From the NCBI RefSeq assembly GCF_009914755.1, contig NC_060929.1: a DNA stretch of 64,000 bases, one strand, 5' to 3'. Below are positions 24,511 to 37,790 of the stretch, piece after piece. The notes beneath the pieces were generated by a model, which worked only from the letters and a program-made list of their open reading frames with translations, made no database searches and was not told the origin of the DNA. Numbering within the stretch: the stretch's first letter is position 1; the number at the start of each line of letters is the position of its first letter. This DNA is from the human T2T-CHM13v2.0 reference genome, Homo sapiens. The position numbers and the translations under genes were made by a program.

Positions 24511-27117
24511 TCATATATAGCCTTGATAGAACCAAGGCATGATCTGGGTCTAGATTCAATAATGTATTTATTTTAATGTACATATAACCATACAAGGCTA
24601 CAGAACTTTCCACTCTAACTCTGTTAACTAGAGGCCCTTTGGCTAAAACAGCAAAAATAACCAGTACAAAAAGTCCATTCAAACAACCCACACCTCTATG
24701 GTTGAGACCTGACACGCTCTTGTATCAATCCGTCCAACTGATTCCAGCTTTAATACAGACCTTTATTTATTGCCTCTAAATTTCTAGTCATGCCAGTAGA
24801 AAACATTTGATACATGTTTCAATAAGCATAGTAGAATTTTGGAAACATTTTTCCAAAGAACACAGAGCTAATCCAGTTTCAATTGTAACAACAAGCTCAA
24901 TTTGGTATTAAAATAGAGCAGCCAGATTGCTAGGCAAGCTCACCTCTCATACAACAAATTAGAAATGGTATTATCCATTAATTTCCACCCTGTGTAGCTG
25001 AATAATGCCATTGACAGATGCTAATTTTCTTAAATTGTAGGCAGCAAATGATGCATGAATACGACAGCAACACACTTTTTAGAGGCTCTTGATAGTCATC
25101 AAAAAGTGAATTTATATAAAGTTTGATGTAATCACTATCAACTGTGTATCATGTTAGTGCCTTCTAATGACTGTCTTAAATCCATCTGTTGTCCTCTTTT
25201 CTCTATTAACACTAATGGGGGTCTAGGCAGGAATAAAATATCCCATGTGTTGTATTAACAGACCCTCCAATTTATAACATTCATATGATTCCTCAGGACA
25301 AGACCTACGCAAATAACGACATCTAAAATCTAACCCATCATTGCATTATAGGCATTTCATTGTATATGTATGTAAGTGCTTCCTAATTTTTTCCAGTGGT
25401 TTAACAAAATTTTATTTCTGCTCACTTTATAATTTAATGTGTGTTGGGTAGCTCTTGGTGTTTCTTATTTTTTAAGCTTATATTTATTGAGTGTTCATTC
25501 TATATTTTCTATTTTTAGATTTTACAACAGCCCTACAAGTTTGGCCCTGTTCTACTCAGGAACTTGAGGTTTGGAGAAGTTCATGTTATAAGTGATGGAA
25601 TCAGTTTGGGAATTTAGAATAGGAACTCAGCAGTCTGACATTAAAGTCAACCACAACTAGAGCAATTAATTTTTACCATTACTGGCAAGGATCTCTCTAT
25701 CCTGTTGGGCTTAAAGAAGGTGTTATATAAGAATATGGGCTAAGGACAGATCAGTTACTGGATGTCAAAGTCTTGTCTTTTGCGTTAGGCTGTTGAGGTA
25801 ACAAAGGAATTGAGGGCACACCTTTGGTCTTGTTACCAAGATTGGACTTTCACGAGATGGCCACAAATAAAATGTACATAATCATGTTAAATTGAGTGAT
25901 TTCAGAGAAGGATGAGATGGCATGCATGCTTGTTCTCAGTGGTCTCTGCTTGCTTTACAATATCCTGTGAGACGTAACAAAACTGCAGTATTGAAAGCGT
26001 GGCTCAGAGTGTGGGGAGAGAAAGGGCATGGCTCAGGTGTTCCTTTCTTTGTGTTCCCCAGCAATGGGTGCTGGTTCTGGATTCTGTTCAGAGTCCAACT
26101 TCTTATTGAACCATGCTTGGTCTCATTGAGCCAGGGTCCTAGCTTATGAATTTCCTGTACTGAGGCCTTACCTGGGAGTTATGCCTGCTTTGTTCTGCCC
26201 TCCCACTGGCAGGGAGCCTTTCCCAGTCCCTGTTGCCTTGACTTTGATGTTGAGATTCCTTGTGGTACCTCTTTGCTCCCATTCCCCATCAAATCTCTCC
26301 CCTGGCTCCTTGCTTTTCAACCTAGGACGTAGGAGTCCTCCACGATCACCCAGACCTCTGGGGTCCCTGACCTGGGCCATAGGAACTACCATCTTGAGGA
26401 GTTGAGGGAATGTGCTCCTGGCCAGTTTGCCATGCAAGAATACAAAACACATTTTTTGCTAGGAATTATTAAAAGTAATATTATAAAATATGTACAGAAA
26501 TTAATAGAGAATAATTCTATACAACCCCATATACCTATCAGCCAGCTTTATCAAAGCTTAATATTTGCTACATTCTCCGGATACATTAAAAAATTTCTTA
26601 TTAAATTTGTTAAAGCCACAAGTCAAAAACTTAATTCTTCATTTACACTTCTAAGTTGAAGTAGCAAACCCTGTTATTCCCTGCTGGTAATTTTTAAAAT
26701 AATAAAATATGACAGATCTACCATACTCCTCCCTGCACCCACCCCTCATTTTTTCTGCCAGAGATGACTACAATTCTGAATTTGCTGTTTATCACTTACA
26801 AGAAGAAATATTAATTGTTTCAATATCTTTCAATATTATTCTTTTGTGTGTGTGTGACCCGGCCTAAGAACCCAGTTACCGTGTTTTATTCTGTTGCTGT
26901 GGTGGTGGTGGAGGATGCAGGTCTTACGATAATATGAAGTGTGACAGTACATTGACTGCTTTTCCATGTCCTAGGTGGAGTGACTAAGTGTATTATCTCC
27001 TTTCATCTTATCTGCCACTTTGTAAGGTATTATCCCCCTTTTAGAGATGGGAATATTGGGGGCTTGGAACTAAATAAGTTGCTCAACTGCATGTGACTGT
27101 AAAAACTGGGTTGCAGA

Positions 27118-27521
<404 letters not shown>

Positions 27522-28039
27522 TTATAAATAATATATGTTATTTTGTGATTTTTGTATAAATATAGAATCATTCTGTCTTAATTTATAACTTGTTCTTCAC
27601 CTAAACATATGTGATGAATATTTTCCTGGGGTAGATGGGGCTTTCGAGTCAGAATCTTGATTTTTGCCCATTTGTGTAGCTGTATCCTCTTGCCTAGTTA
27701 TGTACCTCTCTGGGTTTAGACTGGAGATAATCATACCTATCCCATACGATTGTTAGGATGTTGCAGTACCTGGTATATAATAAGGCCTCAATGTATTTTA
27801 GCTATTACTTTATACTTAAAAAGGAAGTTTAAGAAAATTATCTGTTCAGTGGTTTTCTTCCTTTTGAGACTTGATCAGTATTGTTCTAATAGTATGGTTT
27901 CCCTGCATTTCAGTCAACAAACATTTATTGAGCATTTACTAAGTGCCAGGCCCTATAACAGGTACTGGGGATACAGAAAAGAATAAACTTATTTCCTCAC
28001 ATCAGGAGAATTATACAGAGACAGTCTAATAATTATTTT

Positions 28040-28401
<362 letters not shown>

Positions 28402-29329
28402 TGAGTAAAAATACTTTGCCTTTAATTTTTTCTATTTTACATTAAATTCTCCCAAGTTTTTTTTTTTTTAATCTACGTTCAGTTTTCTTTAAAATGAAGC
28501 ATATGGAGGCAGAACAACAGTGAGGCTATAGTGGGTTCTCTCCATCATATAAACTGTGGCATCATGTAGCTTCTGTACCTCTCAATCATGCCCTTTTCCA
28601 AAACATGAACAAAGAAAATGCAAATAAAATACAAATAAATAAATACAAATAAAATATAGAAAATGACATAGGAGGGAGGAAAAAGTGGATTCAGATTATT
28701 AGAGGTTTTTATATTTTTAACAAGTGAGTCCTTCAAATACTGAGTGATTTCTGTATTAAGGAAACCATTTATTCCTGTAATATTAATGCAGCATTCCTAA
28801 ATGCACTCTATAGTTTTCCTGCTCTTCCTCATTAATTACCTGCCTTTGGGCCTACAGGGGACCGATTTCTCAAAGCCGTTCTTAGTTCAGCTTTTAGTGC
28901 ACATTTCAAAATAAGGAAAGGAAAAAATTAAAATTCTAGGCTTCAAATGCAACATACCTTGCCCAAAAATATGTCTGAATGTTTTTGAGATGGTGATCAG
29001 AACCACAGAAGTTCACTGTCATTGAATTTTCAATGATAGTGTTAAATTAATTGACATTTGCTACATTTATTTGCTTGGAAAAAATCAATCTATTAGGTAG
29101 GGTTGGCAGGAAGCAGGTGACAAAAATCAGTATCACATTTTTTTTGCAATAAAATATAGGTTGTAAAAAGAAAGTCTAGAGGAAAATCACTAAGGTGTTG
29201 ATAGTGGTTTTATCTGGTGTGATGATAGGTAATTTTTGTTCCTTTGTATATATTTGCATTTTCTTCTTGTGAATGAAAAGCCCATCCCAAATAAAGAAGA
29301 TACTTTTCATTTTTACTGCTGTTATGGCT

Positions 29330-29535
29330 AAATAGTTAACATTTACTGAGTACTGTACTTACAAAATTCTCTGATCCCCTCAATAACTTTACATAGTCAA
29401 GTCTATCACCCCCATTTTAGAGATGGAAAAATCAAGTCCAGGAGAGATTGACTAACTTTCCCAGTGTCATTCAGCTACAGAGCAGGATTTCAAAAGAAGA
29501 TCTAATTTTTCTCCAGAGTCTGTGCTTTCACTCTA
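29330..29535 (-). mobile_element. MIR
   Basis: ccccattttagagatggaaaaatcaagtccaggagagattgactaactttcccagtgtcattcagct. Confidence 0.7.
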
Positions 29536-30853
29536 TAATAAAAGAGTGAAAAAGCAATTCTGGCAAAAGAAGCCATTTTTTCCTCTGCAACTAAAATACA
29601 AATTTTTGAAAGCACTTGACTTAAATAAAGCAGTGGACTTCTTCACATGGACAATTGATGGGAGATGCCCCTAGCTCCTGTGCTTTGACAGTGCTGGTAG
29701 TTAGCGTGTGCAGTAATGGTAAACTAGTTAATACACTGCAATCGTTATTAACCAGTACAATGTGCTTGTGAGATGCATGCCTGAGGGAAAAGCGAGGAAC
29801 AGATGTTACCTGTGCTGCAGGGCCACCAGCTACGCATGCTGCAATCCCTCATGATTCTGGAGAGGAATGAGGCTGGGGTCCCCAACACATGGCCCTAAGA
29901 TGAGATTCTTTGTGTGGTCTGCTATCTTTTCATTGTCTGTTTTTTTGGAAGGAAATGTGTACATGTCCTTTCATCATTTAGTAAATATTTATTGAGCAGC
30001 TATTATGGCCAGTAATTCTGCTATTATTGGGGCAAAGCAGATGAAAATTAAACACAGTCTCTACTTTTACTGACCTTTATTGCTATATGAATATTCATGT
30101 CCATCCTAATTTTCCTGAAGTCAAAAACTATCATTTCTTGTGTGTTAATATTAGTCAAGTCCATGTACCAAGGAAGTAATGTAGTGTGAATTGGTTCAGC
30201 TGTTTGACTTTTAAAAACATATATGTATATATTAGAGTTCAAGGTTGATGGAAATTACTCAGTGAACCTAGACTGACATTGATGTCCTGATTTATGCAAA
30301 TGGATATGATTATGTATCCCACAGACACAGTTGGATGGCCACCTGCACTTCAGAGAAAAAAGGAGCTGGGGGAGAGGCACCAGCCCCATTTCATCTTGAA
30401 AGAATTCTGTTTCCTTTTGTTGGTCATGATCTCCACTTTGTAGATTATTTTATAATTGAGTCCTAGATCACTTTCCATATTAGATTTTTTCAAAGAACAC
30501 TTACAAATGCACGCGCTTACTTCTGTGATGCTGAGAATGCTTTGTGTACTTATATATATTCTCAACACATTCCCTTGGTATAGGCAGACGGGAAAAAAAC
30601 ACCTCATCCTACCTTGATGAGGCTACACTCATGCAGGAGATGATGTTGGAGGTCAGGGCCAGACCCTGCCACTGGATCTCCTGACTTAATTAGAACAAGT
30701 TTTCCCAGGTTGCTATTAATGTTATTACTGGGTATGGCAGAAGTAATACAGAACAAGGTTGGCCAGGAAGAGACACCCCACCCCCACCCCCATTGCAATA
30801 AGACTACTACCGGCTGCCTGTCACTTACATTTTCTTCTCTTTAACTCCAACAG

Positions 30854-30978
30854 GGAGGTACCTTCTTCCAAACCCGGTGGCGGGACAGGCCTGGCCGGCC
30901 TCTGCAGAGACGTCCAACCTCGTGCGCATGCGCAGCCAGGCCCTGGGCCAGTCGGCGCCCTCGCTCACCGCCAGCCTG
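30854..30978 (+). CDS. MAST4: MAST4 internal coding exon (probably exon 3), 125 nt, phase 1 to 0
   Basis: Acceptor ttttcttctctttaactccaacAG (AG 30852-30853) and donor CTG|GTGAGT (30979). Joined to 1913-2066 it continues in frame: (G)RYLLPNPVAGQAWPASAETSNLVRMRSQALGQSAPSLTASL, containing the MAST-family motif SNLVRMRSQALGQSAPSLTA. The supplied ORF track shows this region only in other frames. Confidence 0.95.
30923..30934. promoter_or_regulatory. Perfect NRF1 palindrome inside the coding exon
   Basis: TGCGCATGCGCA, the full consensus. Function unverified. Confidence 0.45.
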
Positions 30979-31229
30979 GTGAGTGTCCGCGGGCGCCGGT
31001 GGAGGCTGCTCCAGCTCACCACCTCTCTAGGGACAATTTAAGTTAATTGAGTTTAACTATATTTAAACTTACCCACATGTGACGTTAAGCACATATTTGG
31101 CAATGTGGAATTCCTTGCTTTCAATGTGCTAATTTCTGCACCTGTACCCAGTTTGGAGGATTTCTCTCAATTTTGGCCTCATCTCTACCCTTCTCCCAAA
31201 AGAAATGAAAGTATTTCTAGGCCTTTTTG

Positions 31230-32080
31230 TAGCTTTTTATTTTGAAATAATATAAAACTCATGGAAAAGTTGCAAGAATAAGAAAAATTCTTAGAATACC
31301 AGTTTATCCTTTATCTAGATCTGACTAACACCTTGCCCAATTAGCTTCATAATTTCCTTTCTCTTTGTCTATGTGTGTATGTATGTGTGTATGTGTACAT
31401 ACACACATGATTTTTTTGAGGTATTTGAGAGTGCATCATCTATATATTATAGACCTTTGTTATCACAGTTATCAACTGGAGTAAATTTATGACTGATACA
31501 GTCCAGTTATCTACTCTGCCATCTGTATTTCAGTTTTATCGATTGACTCATTAATGTCCTTTAAAGAATTTTCCCTCTCCAGTGTAGGATCCAGTCTAGG
31601 GTCATGTGTTGCATTAAATTGTCCCTCTCTTTAGTCCCCTTTAATCTGGGATGTTTCCACAGTCTTTGTCTTTTATGACATTTGACATTTTTGAAGAATT
31701 TTTTAATGGCTTATTTTTAAGGGAATATTTCTCATATTTGTTTGCTCTCTCCTCATGGCGAGATTCAGGTTTTTGCATTCCAGGCAAGAATACGACACTG
31801 GTGATGTCAAGTCCTCTTAAGGAATGAGGTCTGGAGGCCCATCACGTCCATCTGCCCCTCTCTGTGATGTTAATTGTGATCATCCAGTCAAAGTGTTGCC
31901 TGATTTCTCCACTGTAGTTACCACTTTCTCTCCCACAATCTATGAGCAACCTGGGAGGTACTTTTAAGCAATGCAAATACGCTTTTCATCAAAATTTTCC
32001 CCAAGAATCCATTGATGATTCTTGCCTGGATCACTCTTTTCTATGTTTGAAAATGGTGATTTTTCCAACTTCAGCACTCT
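31230..32080 (-). mobile_element. Old L1M (L1MC/ME) 3' fragment
   Basis: tttttattttgaaataatataaaactcatggaaaagttgcaagaat...caggatccag-like segment...gttgcattaaattgtc. Confidence 0.65.
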
Positions 32081-32603
32081 CCATAAATATGTGTGTATTT
32101 GTTAGCAGCATGGATTCCCACATTTCTATTTTTACCCCGGTGTAGACCTTTATGTTTAACATGCTTATTAGAATTTTTTTTTTTTTTTTTTTTTTTTGCT
32201 GGTGGGCCCTTCTTTGTTTTGGCCTTTGGCTCAGCTTAGAAGTCTGTACAAGTTACTTTTGCATGGGTGGTAGGGTTGTATGATATGGAAATAGATTTTA
32301 AACACCTTTTATTGATGAAGATGCAAATGATATATAAATCAATGTATTGTGTCTTATAATTTTATGCATTGGTAATAAATTATGTTGGATATTTGGAAAT
32401 AATGCAGTAATGGATGCAGATTTTGTTCAGGTCTAGCCTCTAGTCCTGCTTTTGCCATTAGATAGCTGTATAAACTTGGACAAGTCCGTTTCTCAAATTC
32501 TCTCATCTCATTTGTACTTGTAAGATGAAAAGAGGCATTAAACAGTCTATAAAGTCCCTTTCTTCTCTGGAATTTCCTGATTCTTCTTTCAGAATAATTT
32601 TGA

Positions 32604-32900
<297 letters not shown>

Positions 32901-33203
32901 TAAAAGATACAATTAACCTGATGGTAGAGAGCATTTTCCTCCATCCCATCCCCAAGTCCAAAGTGACTTTTTCTCCTTAGGGAATTTTATTAAGAGCTTA
33001 TTTTACTCTGATTATTTACTTTTTAAGGAAAGAGGAAAATACTTCACAATTCATGATTTTTTTTTGACAGAAGTGCTTTTTTAGCTGCTGCAACATTATT
33101 CTTTACACCTAAATAGTAATCCTGTATGTTTATCGCCAAGTCAATCATTGTAATTCAAACAACACTGTCACAAAATAATATGTTTTCTTAAGTAATATAT
33201 CTT

Positions 33204-33503
<300 letters not shown>

Positions 33504-34554
33504 ATTCTTAAGTAATCTATCTTCTTACTAGTACTAACAGTCACATACCAAGAAACAGAAACTGACTTATTCATTGATGAAATGCATGTCACCTGACCTA
33601 AGATATTTGGGAAGAGGTTGCAGTAAGAACTATTAATAGAAAACATGAGAAGAGTACCTCCCAAAATCTATCAGATGACATTGTTATCAAGGAATCACTT
33701 AAATTATTAGCTTGTTTACCTGCAGGTTTTTATGTTTATAGTGTTTGCTTAATATAACTCTGGGGAAAATGCTGAAATACCATGTAGAAAAAACTTATAA
33801 TAGTACCTGGCATATAACAAGTCACAAATGTTAGCAATATTATTATTTCTGTTGTTGTTATTGTATTGTAGGTAAGCTTGGGCACAGAAGCCAGAATGTG
33901 ATTAGTCATTTACTACTAGATAGTGAAGGTTTAAAATTTAACCCTTATCTTTCCCTTTCCCTTCAGAGAGTTCATTAGTTCCTAATTATAGTCTACAGAA
34001 AACTATTTGCCCCTCACCTTCTGTTGTATTAAGAGCAGCAGCCAGAGGAGAGCTGCCAGACAGACGACCATCTTGATTTCTTTATTAATCTGCTGCCATG
34101 TGCCCAGATTTGGATGCCATATCACTTATTTTGACGTGTCACTCAAGTACATGTTAGTGACCTTTCCTGCTTTTGGTACCACTTGTCGAACCACACAGCT
34201 AAAGGGGCATTAAAGTTGATCTGTTTCGTGTTTCTGCCTCATTTAGATTGGATTATATCAAAATTATCTCTGCCGATTACAACTAATAGACCTGAGAGAG
34301 AATTGTGCTGAAGAAGTGGGAATGTACACCTTGTATAATTTTTTCTTTTTCCTTCTTCTCTTCAGCTTTCTCTTTTCCTTGTCTTCAAACAAATTGACAT
34401 TTGCGGAGGTGCGTTGTGCAGTAGAACATTCCTCATGCTGATGATCCTCTCCTCCTGGCCTCTCTGTCTACCCCTTGCCCCTGTCGTAGAGCTGTAAGCC
34501 ATCCTTCCCCCGACTCCGCCTGACATGTATCATGGCACACCTTCGTTTTTGTTC

Positions 34555-34710
34555 TTTGTGTTTATGTCGAATACCTCCCTGCTAGACTGCAAGCCCCTTG
34601 AGGGCAGAATTCTTGTCTGATTTTTACTTTCTACTTTTCACTGCTCTCAGGACAATGCCTTGCACATAGAAAGCATTCAGTAAATAATGTTGAAGGAATA
34701 AATAATTATT
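34555..34710 (+). mobile_element. L2 3' end
   Basis: ctagactgcaagccccttgagggcag...atgccttgcacatagaaagcattcagtaaataatgttgaaggaataaat. Confidence 0.8.
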
Positions 34711-35899
34711 TATGGAAAAGTGACTTTTTTTTTTAGTTGCAGGTTGAGCACGATGGTGTGATTCTTCATGCTGTAATGGGTGACCTAATAAGACCATCCA
34801 TCTAAAATCTCTATGGCTTTGCTGTCCAGTGTGCATCTTACAGTTGTGATTGGCCTTAAAGTCTATGATACAGGCTAAATCCCATTGAGTTTCACATCAG
34901 CCACTCAAAAAATATGGTGACAAAATTTGTGAAGAGATTATTAGTGTCTACATTCAAGGAAATTTCATTAGTCTGCTTTTAAGCAATCATATAGTCACAT
35001 TTGTTTATATATTTTGATTCATTGACTAAGTTGAAGTGATGTGTGTGTTCAAGTATGGGGGGGATTGGAAAAACAAGGAACCAAATTGGTTTATGTCCAG
35101 ATGATAGCATTATACTCAATATAACAGTTCCGTGCCCAATTGCAACAAAATACATTTCAGAAAAGTATAGGCCCTCAACGTGAGAGGTATTAATATGTTA
35201 GTAAGATATAAATGAAGGCCCTGAGGTTTGGTAGGTATGAATTTTAGTAAATGCATGACCTTTAGTGATTTAAATGCCATAGGCAAGCTTGAAGGTATTG
35301 CTAACTACCTTCTCAAGGAGGAGATTAATTCCTAGCCTGAAGTATCTAGTTTTCCTTGGCAATGCTAAATATAGTTGTGTTCCCTTTCCCAGACACATTG
35401 GGCATTTCAGATAAATGGCATGTTGCCAATTCATCCTAAGTAGCCTGGTAGCTGGCAGAATACATGCTCAGCCAGTGTCCGCCTGCTGGGACACCAGCCG
35501 GGAGTGCTGATGAAGTGTCAGATGTATACTTCATATACATTAATCTGAAGAGGGGAAAACTCATTTTCCCATTTGCTTCTTCCATCTTTCTGTCCCTCCC
35601 CACACACATGGGTAGTTTATCACAGAAGTCATAGTCGTCAAAAGCCAGGGGATTTATACAGATGCTGCTTTCTGGCAAGAAAGATGGAAATTTCAGGAGG
35701 CAAAAGCAGGACCAGTGGCAACTTATTTCTTTGTAGGAAAATAAGGGTGTAAGCCTTGATGATGGAAGTTTAAAATGGCTACGTGGCCATCATCAGAAAT
35801 ATTCACTCCATTTGTACTTGGGAGTAATAGATAGATGGCAGAAGCACCATGAACATTAGTTTCTGGTATTTTTCTCCAATTTTCTGATTGGTTGGAATC

Positions 35900-36210
35900 C
35901 TGTGCCTCATCTTTTTTGTGTGAAGGTTTCATTCACATTCTTCCCATTGAGGTTTTCCTTGACCATCCTGTTTCAAACTGTTCCCTATATTGCTTGCCAC
36001 ATATTTCATTTCCTTCATTCATTTTTCGCCATAGCTTATCACTGTCCAGTATACCATATCGTTTGCTTATTTTATTATATATCTCTTACTACTCTAATGT
36101 AAATTTCATGAAGGCAGAGATAATTCTGTTTTCCAAGCTGTCTCCTCAGTGCCTAGAATAGTGCCTGGCACATAGTAGGGTGCTCAGTGAACTTGTTGAA
36201 TGCATAAACA
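35900..36210 (+). mobile_element. L2 3' end
   Basis: aatgtaaatttcatgaaggcagaga...cagtgcctagaatagtgcctggcacatagtagggtgctcagtgaacttgttgaatg. Confidence 0.85.
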
Positions 36211-36417
36211 TATGTCTCCTTTCTGTACATTTTCAGTGCTCTAGAACAGACTCTTGTATATTTATGGTTTTGTTTTTAATCTGTGATAAATTTTTTGCTT
36301 ACATTATGTAGCCTTACTAAGAAGCTATTCTTCAAGCCAGAGAGAAATTAGTTATGGAAACCTTATTCAGGAATTAAGCTGTAATCATTCAGTTAGAAAA
36401 TGAGAATGAAAGGGAAA

Positions 36418-36630
36418 AGCAGAGTGGTTGAGAGCATGGGGTGCCTGAGCTCAACTCCAGCTTCTGCCATTTATTAGCCTCAGTTAGGGCTGACTGTGTA
36501 GACTTCAGCTTCTTCCTTTGTGTAGTGGGGCTAATGGTTGTAATAACCTCAGAAGGTTATTGTGAGGATTAAATGAATGAACTCTTGTACAGTACTTTGC
36601 ATAGTGCCTGTCACTCAAGAAATGCTGTCA
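36418..36630 (+). mobile_element. MIR
   Basis: gtggttgagagcatgg...ttattgtgaggattaaatga...tttgcatagtgcctg. Confidence 0.8.
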
Positions 36631-37424
36631 TCAATGTTCTTGGGGTTGGTAGAAAAAGTGTTTCTTGGAGATTGTGAGGTAGCTTTAGGTGGGATGGTAT
36701 TATCCAGAATGGAAGAAAACAAGCACTTTTCCCTTAGATCATTTGAATTGAGGTAGGAATTTAACCTTTTTGTCCTTACTTGCATGATGTGGGAGTAGCT
36801 TGTTTCTTTCTTTCTTATCTTTACTCAAAATGTGCCAACCAAACTGAAAAATATCTTTCTAGAATTCTTAACTTTTTTGAAGGGACAAGGTGCTTTCAAA
36901 TGCTATATTTTAACTTTTAAATATTAGGTTAAGTGGCTTAATTTTATGTTTCTTTAGTGGCTGTCTTTTGACATCGTATACGTTTCTTTCAATGGAGAAA
37001 TTATATTTCATGATGTTCTATAAATATTAAAACCACACTATTTAAACTGTAATATATTCAAAGAGCCTTGATGAATATTCATCTTTTCCATTTGCAAAAA
37101 AGAAATGCATTATAAGAAGTCAGGGAAAATTTACTAAATGTATGCAAAAGTGTATTTTTCCTTTTTAATTCATTCAGAATGTAGAGACATAATGTCAGCA
37201 TTTATTTAGGGTACAGACTTTATTTGCAGTCATTTAGTATTATATCAATACTTCATTAGCCTTATAGCTCAAAACCAAAAACCTGATCCGAAGTCTAATT
37301 AGTTAACTCTGAGAGAGTATCTGTTAAATATTGATGTAGGAACAATTTGAATGCCCTTGAATAAATTGCTTAACCAAAGTTGTAGAATTCATCTATGAAT
37401 TAACATTTCTCTATTGCCATTATG

Positions 37425-37790
37425 ACTCAATTTAAAGGCTGCATAATATTCCAGTATGTGGATTTATCATAATTTACTAAACTGTTCCCTTTATGTTATT
37501 TCCAGGTTTTTCCTACTGCAAATAATGGTGGTGAGTGGATTTTAAATAAGTCCTTATTCACCTCTAATGATTTCTTCAGGTAGATTCTTGGAGTGGGATT
37601 ACTGGGGCAAAGAATATAAGCATTGTTGACATTCTCCATAGCTCTTGCTAAGCTGTTTCTAGGAATGCCGTACAAATTTATACTTTTAGATTGGTAAAGT
37701 GCATCTCACTATACCCTGGTCAGCAGTCAATAGTGTTATCTTTAAAACTTAGTTGGTTTGGTTATAAAATTATTCTTTTAAATTTATGCT
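37425..37790 (-). mobile_element. L1ME fragment
   Basis: ggctgcataatattccagtatgtggatttatcataattta...gagtgggattactgggg. Confidence 0.6.

Noticed and set aside
30759-31046. 95-aa ORF overlapping the second MAST4 exon
   Set aside because: Alternative frame kept open by the GC-rich exon; starts at TTG. The true frame is set by splicing to 2066.
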